This document shows positions 13,001 through 26,953 of a stretch of DNA of 64,000 bases, one piece after another. The position numbers and the translations under genes were made by a program. Below the pieces are notes generated by a model, which saw only the letters and a program-made list of their open reading frames with translations, ran no database searches and had not been told where the DNA came from. Source of the stretch: Balanoglossus misakiensis (taxonomy: Eukaryota; Animalia; Hemichordata); the NCBI GenBank assembly GCA_040954595.2, contig CM082598.2, forward strand, positions 6,153,097 through 6,217,096, given 5' to 3'. The stretch's first letter is position 1, and each line of letters opens with the position of its first letter.

Positions 13001-16000
13001 CACATAAATAATGAGTTAAGCAGGTGTCACAGGTGACCCAAAACTTTGGCTTTTCATTATGGCCCCATACCTCCAAACGCCAAGGCTGTATCTGGTGTGG
13101 ATGTCGAGATATGCAAAAGTAGGTCAAAGGTCACCCGAGGTCACCCAACATTTGGGCAAAATATTTTGACCCCATACTGTTCCATGTATAACAAAAACAA
13201 AACCTCTAGGTCTATTGGTTCATCATTAATTAGGTATGTGCATATTTAATGAGGTCAACAGAGGTCAAAGGGGTTATGAAAAGTAGCAAAATTTTTTGAT
13301 CACATACAAATCCACATACATCAAAAACCAAACTTATAGCCCTATTGGTTAGCCTGGAATTAGATATGCAGAAAAATGATGCGTCAAAAGTAGGTCAAAG
13401 GTCATTGCCAAAATTACCAAAATATTTATAGCTTATTCTTGGCATATGATGATTCATATCCATTGAAAAGAATTTCTGATCTATCAATTTTTAGGCTGGA
13501 AAGGGAATTTTTACTTTTTAATCGTTTTTCACAAAATCCAATATGGCCGCCATAATGTTCGACCAATCACATTCATCTTCGCAAACTTGATAGACATCTG
13601 TTTAATGACCACACACACCAAATCTTGTGACTCAGTTATCGCCGGTTCTTGAGAAGAAGATTTTTGAAATTTTACTAGGGTTTTTCGAAAATCCAATATG
13701 GCCGCCATAATCTTCGACCAATCACAATGATCTTCGCAAACTTGATAGACCTCAGTTTGGTGACCACATACCCCAAACCGCGTGACTCGGTTATCGCCGG
13801 TTCTGGAGAAGAAGATTTTTGAAATTTTGACCAGATTTCAGAAAAAAAATTGTAGCAAAAAAACTGCAACATTGACAGCAAAATATCCAATTACAAAAAT
13901 GATGGGCAGAAGGTACACTACCAGCACACCAAATCTGAAGTAAATCTGACTTGTAGTTTCTGAGATCTGAGATTTGCATTTTTTCAGAAAATCCAATATG
14001 GCCGCCATGTCACGTGACTAATTAAAAATTCAAGAGTTCAATGCACGACTACCCATTGACCTTGACCACTGTAGCAAGTTTGAGAAGTGTACCTGCAGCG
14101 GTGTCTGAGATCTAGAGCGACAAAGAAATGACACAAGAATAAAGAAAGAATTAAAGCTGCAAGCAGCATTGTCGGGCCCAAGCGCTGATCCGGAATTATA
14201 TATGCACAGTATGAATGAGAAGAAACAGAATGCTCTATCAGATTTTTTATCTCATGACATAACAAGGCCATATGTTTTTTTGGTGCAGAAATAGAGTAAA
14301 GTAGGTCAAAGGTCACCTGAGGTCACCCAAATTTTGGGAATTTTTTTTGACCCATATTCGTCCATGTCCAACAAAAACCAAAACTCAAGCTCTATTGGTT
14401 CGCCTGTAATTAGGTATGTGCATATTTAATGAGGTCAGTAGGTGTCACAGGTGAGCCAAAAATTTGGCTTTACATTTAGGTCCCATCCTGCCAAATGCCT
14501 AGGCTGTATCTGCTCTGGATGTTGAGATGTGCGAAAGTAGGTCAAAGGTCACCAGAGGTCACCCAACATTTGGGCAAAAAAATTTGACCCCATACTGGTC
14601 CATGTTCAACAAAAACCAAAGCTCTAGCTCTATTGGTTCGCCTGTAATTAGCTATGCACATAATTAATGAGGTCAGCAGAGGTCAAAGGGGTCATGAAAA
14701 GTAGCAAAATATTTTGATCACACACTAATCCACATGCATCAAAAACCAAATGTCTAGCCCTATAGGTTAGCCTGGAATTAGATATGCAGAAATAATAATG
14801 TGTGAAAAGTAGGTCAAAGGTCATGTGAAAAATGGCGAAAAATTTGTAACATATTGTAGTCATATGACAATTGATATCCATGAAAAGAATTTGTATGCTA
14901 TCAATTTTTATACTAGAAAAAGGAATTTTAATTTTTCACTGAATTTTACAAAATCCAATATGGCCGCCATAATATTCGACCAATCACAATGCTCTTTGCA
15001 AACTTGATAGACATCAGTATAGTGACCATACTCCTTAAATCTTGAGACTCAGTTATCGCCCGTTCTGGAGAAGAAGATTTTGGGAGTTTTACTATGGTTT
15101 TTCGAAAATCCAATATGGCCGCCATAATCTTTGACCAATCACAATGATCTTCGCAAACTTGATAGACCTCAGTTAGGTGACCCCATACCCCAAACCGCGT
15201 GACTCTGTTATCGCCGGTTCTGGAGAAGAAGATTTTTGAAATTTTGACCAGATTTCAGAAAAACAACTGTAGCAAAAAAACTGCAACATGGACAGCAAAA
15301 TATCCAATTACAAAAATGATGGGCAGAAGGTACACTACCAGCACGCCAAATCTGAAGTAAATCTGACTTGTAGTTTCTGAGATCTGAGATTTGCATTTTT
15401 TCAGAAAATCCAAGATGGCCGCCATGTCACGTGACTAATTAAAAATTCATGGGTTCAATGCAGGACTACTCATTGACCTTGACCACTGTAGCAAGTTTGA
15501 GAACTGTACCTGCAGCGGTGTCTGAGATCTAGAGCGATAAAAAATGGACAGGAGAATAAAGAAAGAAAGAAAGAAAGAAAGATTAAAGCTGCAAGCAGCA
15601 TTGTCCGGGCCCAAGCTCTATTATCTGATCTGATTATTAGATATGCACATAATTAATGAGTAGGAACATAATGCTGTTTTATCCCATGAAATATCAAGGT
15701 TATATCTATGTTTGGTGTTGATATAGTGTTAAGTAGGTCAAAGGTCACCCAGAGGTCACCCACAATTTGGGCAGAAAATTTTGACCCATAGTGGTCCATG
15801 TCCAACAAAATCCAGATCTCTAGCCCTTTTGGTTAGCCCGAAATTAGGTATGCACATAAATAATGAGTTAAGCAGGTGTCACAGGTGACCCAAAACTTTG
15901 GCTTTTCATTATGGCCCCATACCTCCAAACGCCAAGGCTGTATCTGCTGTGGATGTCGAGATATGCAAAAGTAGGTCAAAGGTCATCCGAGGTCACCCAA

Positions 16001-18665
16001 CATTTGGGCAAAAAAATTTGACCCAATACTGGTTCATGTCCAACAGAAACCAAACATCTAGGTCTATTGGTTCATCTGTAATTAGGTATGCGCATATTTA
16101 ATGAGGTCAGCAGAGGTCAAAGGGGTCATGATAAGTAGCGAAATTTTTTGATCACATACAAATCCACATACATCAAAAACCAAAATCATAGCCCTATAGG
16201 TTAACCTGGAATTAGATATGCAGAAAAAAACGATGTGTCAAAAGTAGGTCAAAGGTCATTGCCAAAATTACCAAAATATTTGGGGTAGGTCCTGGCAGGG
16301 ATGATACCAATGTGCACAAAAATCAGAACTTTGGTACATTTAGAACACGTAGTATGAGCTATATATGCATATATGCAGGTTCTTAAAAAAAGTAGGTCAA
16401 AGGTCATGTGAAAATTTCCAAAATATTTGCAACATATTCTAGTCATATCACGACTCATATCCATAAAAAAAATTTGTATGCTATCTATTTTTAGACTAGA
16501 AAAATGATTTCTTAATTTTCGCTGGTTTTTACAAAATCCAATATGGCCGCCATAATCTTCGACCAATCACAACGCTCTTCGCAAACTATATAGACATCAG
16601 TTAGGTGATGTCATACCCTAAATCCCATGACTCGGTTATTGCCGGTTCTGGAGAAGAAGATTTTTGAAGATTTTACTGTACTTTTTCGAAAATCCAATAT
16701 GGCGGCCAAAGTCACGTGACCGCTCAGGATTTTATTGTCAAACTTTGAAGGGCAGAGGACATGTGTACCATACACCAAATTTGAACTTGATTGGCCCTGT
16801 GGTTTTTGAGAAGAAGCCATTTAAAGATTTTCAGAAAATCCAATATGGCCGCCAGGTCACGTGACTAATTAAATATTCACAAACCACTGCACATCTACTC
16901 ATTGACCTTGACCACTGTAGCAAGTTTGAGAAGTGTACCTGTAGCCGTTTCAGAGATCTAGGAGAGCAAAGATTGACATAAGAATAAAGAAAGAATTAAA
17001 GCTGCAAGCAGCATTGTCCGGGCCCAAGCTCTATTATCTGATCTGATTATTAGATATGCACATAATTAATGAGTAGAAACATAATGCTGTGTTTTATCCC
17101 ATGAAATATCAAGGTTATATCTATGTTTGGTGTTGATATAGTGTTAAGTAGGTCAAAGGTCATCTGAGGTCACCCAAAATTTGGGCAGAAAATTTTGACC
17201 CATAGTGGTCCATGTCCAACAAAAACCAGACCTCTAGCCCTTTTGGTTAGCCCGGAATTAGGTATGCACATAAATAATGCGTAAAGCAGGTGTCACAGGT
17301 GACCCAAAACTTTGGCTTTTCATTATGGCCCCATACCTCCAAATGCCAAGACTGTACCTGCTTTGGATGCCGATATATGCAAAAGTAGGTCAAAGGTCAT
17401 CTGAGGTCATCCAAAATTTGGGCAGAAAATTTTGACCCATAGTGGTCCATGTCCAACAAAAACCAGACATCTAGCCCTTTTGGTTAGCCCGGAATTAGGT
17501 ATGCACATAAATAATGAGTAAAGCAGGTGTCACAGGTGACCCAAAACTTTGGCTTTTCATTATGGCCCCATACCTCCAAACGCCAAGGCTGTATCTGGTT
17601 TGGATGTCGAGATATGCAAAAGTAGGTCAAAGGTCACCCGAGGTCACCCAACATTTGGGCAAAATATTTTGACCCCATACTGGTCCATGTATAACAAAAA
17701 CAAAACCTCTAAGGTCTATTGGTTGATCATTAATTAGGTATGCGCATATTTAATGAGGTCACCAGAGGTCAAAGGGGTCATGAAAAGTAGCAAAATTTTT
17801 TGATCACATACAAATCCACATACATCAAAAACCAAACTTATAGCCCTATTGGGTAGCCTGGAATTAGATATGCAGAAAAATGATGCGTCAAAAGTAGGTC
17901 AAAGGTCATTGCCAAAATTACCAAAATATTTATAGCTTATTCTTGGCATATGATGATTCATATCCATAAAAAGAATTTCTGTGCTATCAATTTTTAGGCT
18001 AGAAAGGGAATTTTTACTTTTTAATTGTTTTTCACAAAATCCAATATGGCCGCCATAATCTTCGACCAATTACATTCTTCTTCGCAAATTTGATAGACAT
18101 CTGTTTAATGACCACACACACCAAATCTTGTGACTCAGTTATCGCCGGTTCTTGAGAAGAAGATTTTTGAAATTTTACTAGGGTTTTACGAAAATCCAAT
18201 ATGGCCGCCATAATCTTCGACCAATCACAATGATCTTCGCAAACTTGATAGACATCAGTTAGGTGACCACATACCCAAAACCCCGTGTCTTGGTTTTCAC
18301 TGGTTCTGGAGAAGAAGATTTTTAAAATTTATGCCAGATTTCAGAAAAAAAATTGTAGCAAAAAACTGCAACTTTGTCAGCTTAATTTCTAATTACAAAA
18401 ATGATGGGCAGAAGGTAGTCTACCAGCTTGCCAAATTTGAAGTCGATCTGACTTGTAGTTTCTGAGATCTGAGATTTGCATTTTTTCAGAAAATCCAAGA
18501 TGGCCGCCAGGTCACGTGACTAATTAAAAATTCAAGGGTTCAATGCACGACTACTCATTGACCTTGACCACTGTAGCAAGTTTCAGAAGTGTACCTGCAG
18601 CGGTGTCTGAGATCTCGTGGGTCAAAGAATTGACACAAGAATAAAGAAAGAAAGAAAGTAAAATT
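10089..18665 (-). mobile_element. Head-to-tail stack of 1.4-1.7 kb HINE-like element bodies (satellite-like array)
   Basis: Junctions TTAAAGCTGCAAGCAGC at 11046, 12730, 14151, 15583 and 16996. Body lengths ~1684, 1421, 1432, 1413 and 1670 bp; the longer ones carry an extra ~240-bp module. Each body has a (GAAA)n microsatellite at one end, a GGGCCC subterminal motif at the other, and internal subrepeats with AGGTCAAAGGTCA and AATATGGCCGCC. The repeat is certain; the HINE classification is inferred from architecture. Confidence 0.82.
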
Positions 18666-19119
18666 CCAACGAAACCAATACGGGCCCAAGCCTGGCTTGG
18701 CTTGGGCCCGTAAAAAACCCCAACGAAACCAATAGGGCCCAAGCGCTTGCTTGCGCTTGGGCCCTAAAGAAAGAAAAACCCCAACGAAACCAATAGGGCC
18801 CAAGCGCTGGTATGCGCTTGGGCCCTAAAAAACCCCAACGAAACCAATAGGGCCCAAGCGCTGGCTTGCGCTTGGGCCCTAAAGAAAGCCGGAAAGAAAA
18901 ATTCCAACGAAACCAATAGGGCCCAAGCGCTTGCGTGCGCTTGGGCCCTAAAAAACCCCAACGAAACCAATAGGGCCCAAGCGCTGGCTTGCGCTTGGGC
19001 CCTAAAAAACCCCAACGAAACCAATAGGGCCCAAGCGCTGGTATGCGCTTGGGCCCTAAAGACTGAAAAATACCAACGAAACCAATAGGGCCCAAGCCTG
19101 GCTTGGCTTGGGCCCTAAA
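18666..19119 (-). repeat. Eight tandem 54-69 bp palindromic units (stacked 5' heads of the HINE-like element)
   Basis: CCAACGAAACCAATAGGGCCCAAGCGC-N6-GCGCTTGGGCCCTA units start at 18666, 18720, 18781, 18835, 18904, 18958, 19012 and 19073. Confidence 0.93.
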
Positions 19120-22100
19120 TATAGGCTGACAATTTTATGAACACTGGTCTTGGTTTTTAATAAATCCTAGTCGAAAAGGATTAGTGCGACTGAACGGTGA
19201 TCATAAAAATGCCACAATTAACACTGGCACACGCGGAGTCTCGCCGACTCCAAATGTAGTCAGATGCAGGTGTTAATGAAGGCCATTCTCTACGATAATA
19301 ATATCAGCAAGCACTTGCCAAGGAAACGGTTATCTACATTGCATGTGTTAGGGCGTTGAGTCTGATTGACTCGGTAGCGACAAGAGGGAGGACAACAATA
19401 GTACAGGGATGGAAATCCAAACTTGAGCTGACCTGTCTAAACTGTTTGTCAACGCGAGTCTTCTACTGTTGTTCTTATCAATGCGTTTGTTATGGTTCGT
19501 GTGTCATTTGCCCCTCTTCCAATACGTCTCGGCTCACAAATTATATACTGATGTTGATTTCTTTGTTTATAACTTTATCTCAGTCTCCATGTTTTTTTTT
19601 TGTTATCTCATGCATGTCCCTCTACGATAATACAGTCCACAAGATATATTTCTACACAAAGTGACAATTAATATTGCCAGATAACTGATGGGAATAAAAT
19701 CTCGTACTGTTTATGTTATAGACAGGGGAAATCAGACTTACAAAACTTTTTATCTGGACGGCCGCTGTTTTATTGCGTGTCCAAAATCAAACACTAGTTG
19801 CAATAAATGGTGTCGAGTGGTTTTAGTTGAATTCCATTTGTGCAAGCCAGTTGTGGCATGCAAAGCGGCGATCTTATCAGTGCGGTTCCTTTAAAGTTGT
19901 TGCTTTGTCATTCAGTTTTCTGAACGTATATGCAGGTCGACGTTCAGTGGATTTGGCGGCGTGCCATTCAGAAATCAGTGTTAAGTGTATCGAGTCCGTG
20001 ACAACATTCAGCTCATTTCGCAATAATTAGTTTGTTAAATATTTGAAATGATGCCACAAGCCTTCTTTAATTTATTCGACATAATAAAGAGAAGACGTAG
20101 GTTGGCTAGGGGAAATTCTTAATTAATATCCTGAACATCTAAACCATATTTTTAATGAACGATCATTATTCTCGATGGGCACGTCCGATTTACTTTTGTT
20201 TTTGAGGAACGTGTACACAGTGCATGTCGACATTTTTGTTTACAATGAAAAGAGCTGCGGTTCTGAGTCTACCCTAAACGAGATCTATTTAACACCTGTC
20301 GTTTCCTGCCATTTCGATTTTACATTATAGTGACTATTTAAGAGATATTACACAAATTTTACAAATATCGCGTTACATATTATTCATATGTGGAGGAGTT
20401 GCCCAACAAGGAGTCAAAATATTGTCACATGATCAAAATGGAACGCAATATCTGTCAAAAATACATGCATGCCTATAAAACAGTACGCTTTGAGAAACAT
20501 AGCGCTCCGAGATAATTTATTTCATGGTCAGAAATTTGAACCTCTAAATATCGCCTCGGAATAGCAGCAGTATACAAATCAGCCTTCGTATTGATGATAT
20601 ATTTACATTCAAAATAAAAACTGTTCCATTATTTGCGCCGGGAAAATTCTCATGAGGTAAACATGTACCGTCCACCCTGGCAAGACTGCAAGCTTTGAAC
20701 ATAATATAACCAACTCTATAACCCAATCGTGCAAGCCCCCTTTTCACAAGAGTCCCATGTCCCGTGTGTCGCTCCCAATTTAAGGAACGGTCGCCCACCC
20801 CTTGTCCGCACCGCTGTGTAGCTAGTTGCTTCGTGAGGAGTCTGGCTAAGATATGTCAACTTTCAGTAAGCATCGAACTTTTTACAGATATAGGCTAGAC
20901 ACCATAAGACCAAAGTCCGTAGTCTGTGGAATTGTGGACTATACAGCCTGGAATTTATGAGCGACCAGGATCTGAACGTACTGAAAAGCTTAGTTTCGAG
21001 TCTTTGTGAAATAGTCTAGCCTCAATATCTATAACCAAACAAAATTGCATCTGGTTTCGATATCATACAACACTGTTAGTGTGATGATTTACCACGTTAC
21101 TTCTCAAAAATAGTTCTGGTCACACAGTGAAAATCCATCATCTGTTTTTCCACTAGTGAAAATACTGGCTCATCCTATCTTCTTTTAGAATAAAAGCATA
21201 TTAGTCGATACAGGCGTTGCATGAATGATAAAGATTGGTCCTGAGCAAAGCCAGTATCATTCCAATGCACACACTGTCAAAAGCAACAACATCATTTTGG
21301 TATTTTAAAACAATCATGCATTTTAGAATGACGTCACCATAGTCCTGGGATAGATTCTGTATGCAATACTTTTATGGTGATGTTATAATTGTAATCTTCG
21401 GTGGAGTGGGGGTTGAAGAACGGCAAAGGGAACAGCAGTGTGCATGGTTTCAGACTCTGACGACTTTATTATGAGTGCAGCCCTGCAGAGCTTGTCGACC
21501 TAAGCCCCAGACTGACAAATGTGTCCAGAAAGACTGTGAGGGGAAAACGGAACCCATCTTTACATGATAAAAATCAAATATTTAGAAGAAACAGCACATC
21601 TTTTGTTCACAAACCAAGCTACCGCTGTTTATAATTGAAGCCCTATCAGAAAATTGACAGTAAACTTCTGACAAAAGACATGTATATACTACAAAACAAA
21701 GTTAGATAAGTTGGCTTACAAATACCGTCACATTGATTGGATGTTCTTCACTAATCGGCCAGAAATTTGTATTTTTCAATTAACCTTAATTGGCGTTTAT
21801 CCATTTTACGACCTAGTTAAGGTTAAGTTAATTTTTTCAACACACACGTGGTTATCCACCGGGTGACGAAAAAAAGGGAAGTCCCGGTCCTTCATGACGA
21901 CATTTTATTTACAATTTTACCCGTTTCACGTATTACCTCTTTCGATGCCCTGTTGTAAAGTAAATTTTATGAGCAGCAGGTCCTAGCTTGAGATAAAATA
22001 CCTGTTGAAATGCATGCCTGTGATACTTTGTCTGACAATGCGTCTATAAATATGGCGATAAAAACGAATGATGACCTCTGTCCCGAAATGAGTTCATTCA

Positions 22101-24789
22101 AGGTGACGCATGTATGGCGCTAGCATTTCACAATATATGTGCCAGCTGGAAATACTGTCACATTACCAAATAGGATCGTGGACAGGGGTTTGAATTCAGA
22201 ATTGTAATATAGTCTGAATGTTTTTATTTTCCAATACACACACAATTATGCCTGCAGAGGCTAAATTGACACAATAGACCCCTTGAAATACAATATTGTA
22301 CTCAATATGTCATGATTTACTGTGTACTTGTTCGAGCGGTGTCCTTTTGACAGTCAGTCCTTAGCGACTGCACCAAAGTCTCCAGATAATAAAAGGACAC
22401 GGGCACATGCATTTACACACGTACACTCCTCCACACAGGACAGCGATCTGCAGTAGAAAAAATATTACAAATCGGCATGGCAAAGTAACACTTAAAATTT
22501 ACATGTCGTACATTTATGAGACGCACGTTCTTATTGGTTCCATTTGGCCAGCGCTTGAATTGCCCTATGAATAATTAAAACGCGACAAAAAACAGCCTCT
22601 TATGGCAACTCAGAAACTGCTGTGTAACGGGGCCATGGTTGCGACAATATTTGCCAAAAAGGTGTATAAACTGTAGCTCACGATAATTCCTGACTTTATC
22701 GCGATCTGGTTGAAACGTGTTTGTTTGTTTGTTACTTGATAGTGGTGGAGTGTTTTTTGCTAGCGACTAAACAAATATTCTGAGCTATATATTAAGTGTG
22801 TTGAGTGGTTTCTGTCAAATTGTATACCCGTAAAGCCATTAGAACAAACGGTATTTTATCTATAATATCCATAGTACATTCCTTCTGATGTGTACCTGTA
22901 TATATCAAGCTGAAAAGCCAGCACGCCAATAAACTTCAAACTTAACCATCAGAATATCAAAAACACCAATACCTAGGGAATAGTCACAGAAACCTTATTA
23001 ATGGAATGTCAAACTTATGACTTTTATAGTGGTCTTGTGTGGGCAGGGATGTCATTTACACTTCTTTACTTAGTACATGAGTGAGTGTGAACGCGCTGAT
23101 GTTAAAAACAATGCAATCGATCTTGGCTAATAGGAACATAGTAAACGTTTGAGTTTTAATAAAATAAGTATGAATTAACTTGACCGGTGCTGATAACAGT
23201 TACGCACTGGACACTGGTACACATGGAGTCTCACTGACTCCAATATGTAACCCCATACAGGTGAAGGCCATTCTCTGTTAATATTAGCAATAAAATTGAC
23301 CGACAGTTTTATGACAACTGGTCAATGTTTGCATAAAAATGTTTGCCAACGTGGTTCTTATACTCCCTTTCTTATCAGTACATGTGTTAAGGGTCATGTG
23401 TCAATTGCCCTTGCATAAATTCTCAAGAGATGCCACTTTTTGCATTATTTTCATGATTTTACTTTTCAGCTTAGATTGGTCTATCGAAATAAGCTTGCTG
23501 ATACATGAACATCTTATCGACGCCATATTGTGGCTGTATGTTGCAACTGATATAATAAACAGTGTTGCGCATGTTTAATCGCATGTTTAATGCCTCCATA
23601 CAAAGGGTACACACAACTGTGGTATTGTGGTATGCACCACCACGAGATGACAACCGATGCAAATGCAAGTAATGTGCCATAATGGTGAGATTTCTTACGG
23701 GTAGAGAGATTTTGTTGTTGTTGTTCCTTTATTCCTCCTCGAAATGAGAAGATGTACATCAACACATTAAATTAAACCATAATATTTAATGCAAACAATT
23801 ATGGAATCATATCGCATGATTAATTTATATTTTCATTTTCTATGGTGTTGATTTGAAATCCAGTCAGAATCTCATTTTCTGTTCCACATAGAAAGAAACT
23901 ATCAGCCTCATTTTACCATAAAGCTCCAGTCTATGTACTACAAGTACATGTATTACAGTCGAACAGCCAAGGGCTCATTAACATAATTTATACAGTATTC
24001 TAATTAAAAATTGTGGTCCGTTGGAGTTCCTCTCACTGTACACGGTAAAATAGTCGTTGAAATTGTGGTCTTTTTTTTTCCTTTGACTGTGGCGTCAAAA
24101 CTAAACGGATCAGCACAATCTTTGCTGGACGAAAGGTTAGTGTAACCCTCTTTTGGTGAAGAATTGATCATTTTTAGACAAGTAAAAATGCCATGTAAAT
24201 CTCACTTCTGAACTAGGGTCGATGTGAATTCTGCACGGCACCGTTATGACAAGGTTACATGAAAGATAATGATCACAACTTGATATCCCGAAAGCTTCAA
24301 GTGTGTACTATGAACGTAGAATATTTGGCGATTTTTTGAAAATTGGCCTTTTCTGGGGAAAATGGCAGCCAACTTGTACATTGTGACGTGATGTACAGTG
24401 CGTAAAACAGTAGTCTTGCGTACAGGTATGTGTGTTCCCGGCATGACATGGCCTCCACCGTGGAATGCCGGGAGCACACAGACCTGTACGCAGGACTACG
24501 TAAACAGCTGTTCATGTGTACAGCTATAGCATTGATGGACTGTAGAATGGACATTTGATGAGTTTTTTTACAATGTTAGCAAGTAATTTGTCCAAAATGA
24601 ACAGTCCATGTTCAGGTTGTTAATGTCCAATGAAGAAATGTACTGTAAAGTGGTGAAATTTCCGCAGGTATTTAGCTATTAAAAAGTGAACATGAAATTG
24701 GCATGCCTAATTTTATGTGTATTGTAATACACTTATTTCTATTAAAACTGTAGATGGGTTTAAATTATTCTCAGAAGTATCAGAATGTT

Positions 24790-26910
24790 TGCTTTCTGTG
24801 GTAAAAATGTTTGAAAACAATAGTGACCATGATACAAGTAGGGAGAATCTTTATCTCCTGTGTGATAAATTGTCAATAGACAAGGCTCAGTGTTGCAGCA
24901 TACCCCTTGTGTCAGTCACATTATATGATGGCAAAGAGGCAGGCCCATTGTGTATGTTCGTCGTGTTCAACTAGATTTGATAAACGCACTGCACGTCGTG
25001 TACATGAAATGTCCTTGTTGCAGAAATTCCATGCTGAATCTGGAACACCATTCATATTAAACGAAAGAAGCATAGTTCGCTTCACATGTTACAAAAATTT
25101 TTATGATAACTGTGAAATTACAGTCTGAAATTCAGGCTGGATGTCTGATCTCAAAGGATGACGATTTGCGTGCTGTTGTTGAAAAGTTCAACAAACTTGT
25201 TGATACAGATCTGAATCGACTGAGTGAATCTCAGTTTCTGCTTGTTGCAATTAGTACAACTATTTGTTACTTAGGTAATAAATTGTTGGATAAACATTCC
25301 TTACTTTTGCTTGATGTTAAAGATTACTTCTATGAAACCATTGAGAATAATTATGAATTGACAACAGTCAAACTTGAACCATTACACTATTATAAGAAAA
25401 ATAATAGTTGGATATGACAGAGTTAACCCGTGAATTGTATCCTCAACACTTGTCTATTAAGTCATCAAGTAACCGGATATACTCCACTCTCTTATATCGG
25501 TCTGGTGTTGACACCAAAATAGCACTTATCATTCATTGGACGAAAATAGACAACTCACTCTGTCATATAAAGCACAACTGGCCACACTTGAAGACAAAAT
25601 TAAAAAATTAAGTAGAATAAATACAGACTTCTTTCACATGTTAGATCTGGTAGGGGACAAACTAAATTCTTTAATACAGAAACAAGCTGGTTTAGAGTTG
25701 GATTTTGAGAGATATTGTCACAGCATGTCTGCAAGAGATGATACATTCAAGTTCTGGTGTCCGTTTGTTAAGGAAGACTGCTTTGCATATTGTTAACTCC
25801 AGGACGCGCGTATGCACAGGGCGACAATCGCCCCTCCTTGAGCAGTCCACCCGGCCAGTACATGCGCGTCCAAGCCTAGCCTCGACTCAATAGCAAGCCC
25901 TATCAGTCAAAACACTGGGGAAACGGCCGATATTACTGTGTGCTTGCCTATACATTTTAACTTCCCACCCCCAAAACTATGTTGTAGATGACTTTCACAT
26001 TCATTTACGTGTAATTTAGCACCAGGGCTGTAGTGTGCAATTGTTGGAACAGCCAAAGAGTTCTGTCTGTACACTGTCTAAATTTAGAGCACACACTCTG
26101 CACTCAAGTGAACTTGTTGTTATGGCGACTTTTGAAATTGGGTTGGCAGAACGTAACAATGCAAATAAAAAGAACTGTGTTCATGCCATGGCGATTATCA
26201 AGAATGTATCAGTTTTCCATGACCTCGTTTTCTTACTTAGGAAGGAAAGTCATTCAATATGTACAGAAACTGTTTACTTTGAGTAGTGTGCCTAGCCACA
26301 GATGGGGAAGTGTAGGCAGAAATCTGAAGGAATATATACCACTTCAATTTATTTCACTATTATTGGTTTCACAATCTAATATTTTGGCAGCTAAACTGAA
26401 ACTTTTAAAATCAAACAAGAAAATTTTCCCAGGTATATCTGGAGTTTTCCCACCGACTAGAGTACATGACATTGAATAGAGGTTTGATTAATGTTTTTAC
26501 TGGGGAGGTAGCAGACAAACTTGTCCAGGAAGACTTAATGGCCTGTAGGGAAACTGGAACGAATGACTTGATGGCATATGTCTGAGTAAGAATCTTGTTT
26601 CAGCCTAGTACAGGTGCCCCAGTTGCTGGTAAACTGAAAAAAACAAAACAATAAAAAGGAGACAAAAAAACAGAATTGTGACAGCATGTTTGAAAAAGCA
26701 AATAACTCACTCCAAGAAAACTAGGGAACCAGTAACATCACTGGAACAGTTTGTCGCCTTTCCAATAGCAATTGCTCTCTCTGATGGTTCTCCTTATATG
26801 AGTCAGAAAAGTAATGTGACCAAAATTATTGCTAGAAATGGACAAGTATAATATGAAAATTTGTTTCATCAAGGATCGCTTTTTTCCTGCACAATACAGA
26901 AGAATATCCT
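24790..26910 (+). pseudogene. Frameshifted transposon-like ORF relic, copy 1 (possibly Academ-like)
   Basis: Overlapping ORF fragments in alternating frames with Cys motifs (LCQSH..CVCSSC..CFTCY in the paralogues) and a C-terminal piece EQFVxFPIAIA..DGSPY.SQKS that resembles large DNA-transposon proteins. Family assignment is weak. Confidence 0.45.
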
Positions 26911-26953
26911 GCAATTATTTTTGATACTTAAGTTCTGTTCTTAATCATATTAA

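Noticed and set aside
10127-17737. Many 60-105 aa ORFs recurring in the array
   Set aside because: By-products of a non-coding repeat unit; frames are not preserved between copies.
18551-19095. Repetitive ORFs (LGPYWFRWGF...)
   Set aside because: Translations of the tandem palindromic repeat in several frames; no coding evidence.
18666-19119. CRISPR-like array of palindromic repeats
   Set aside because: Spacers are short A-rich microsatellite pieces rather than unique sequences, there are no cas genes, the context is eukaryotic, and the units are explained as transposon heads.
19120-23760. Short ORFs and a small dispersed similarity (~19220 vs ~23210)
   Set aside because: No domain motifs or consistent exon chain; the similarity is too short to classify.
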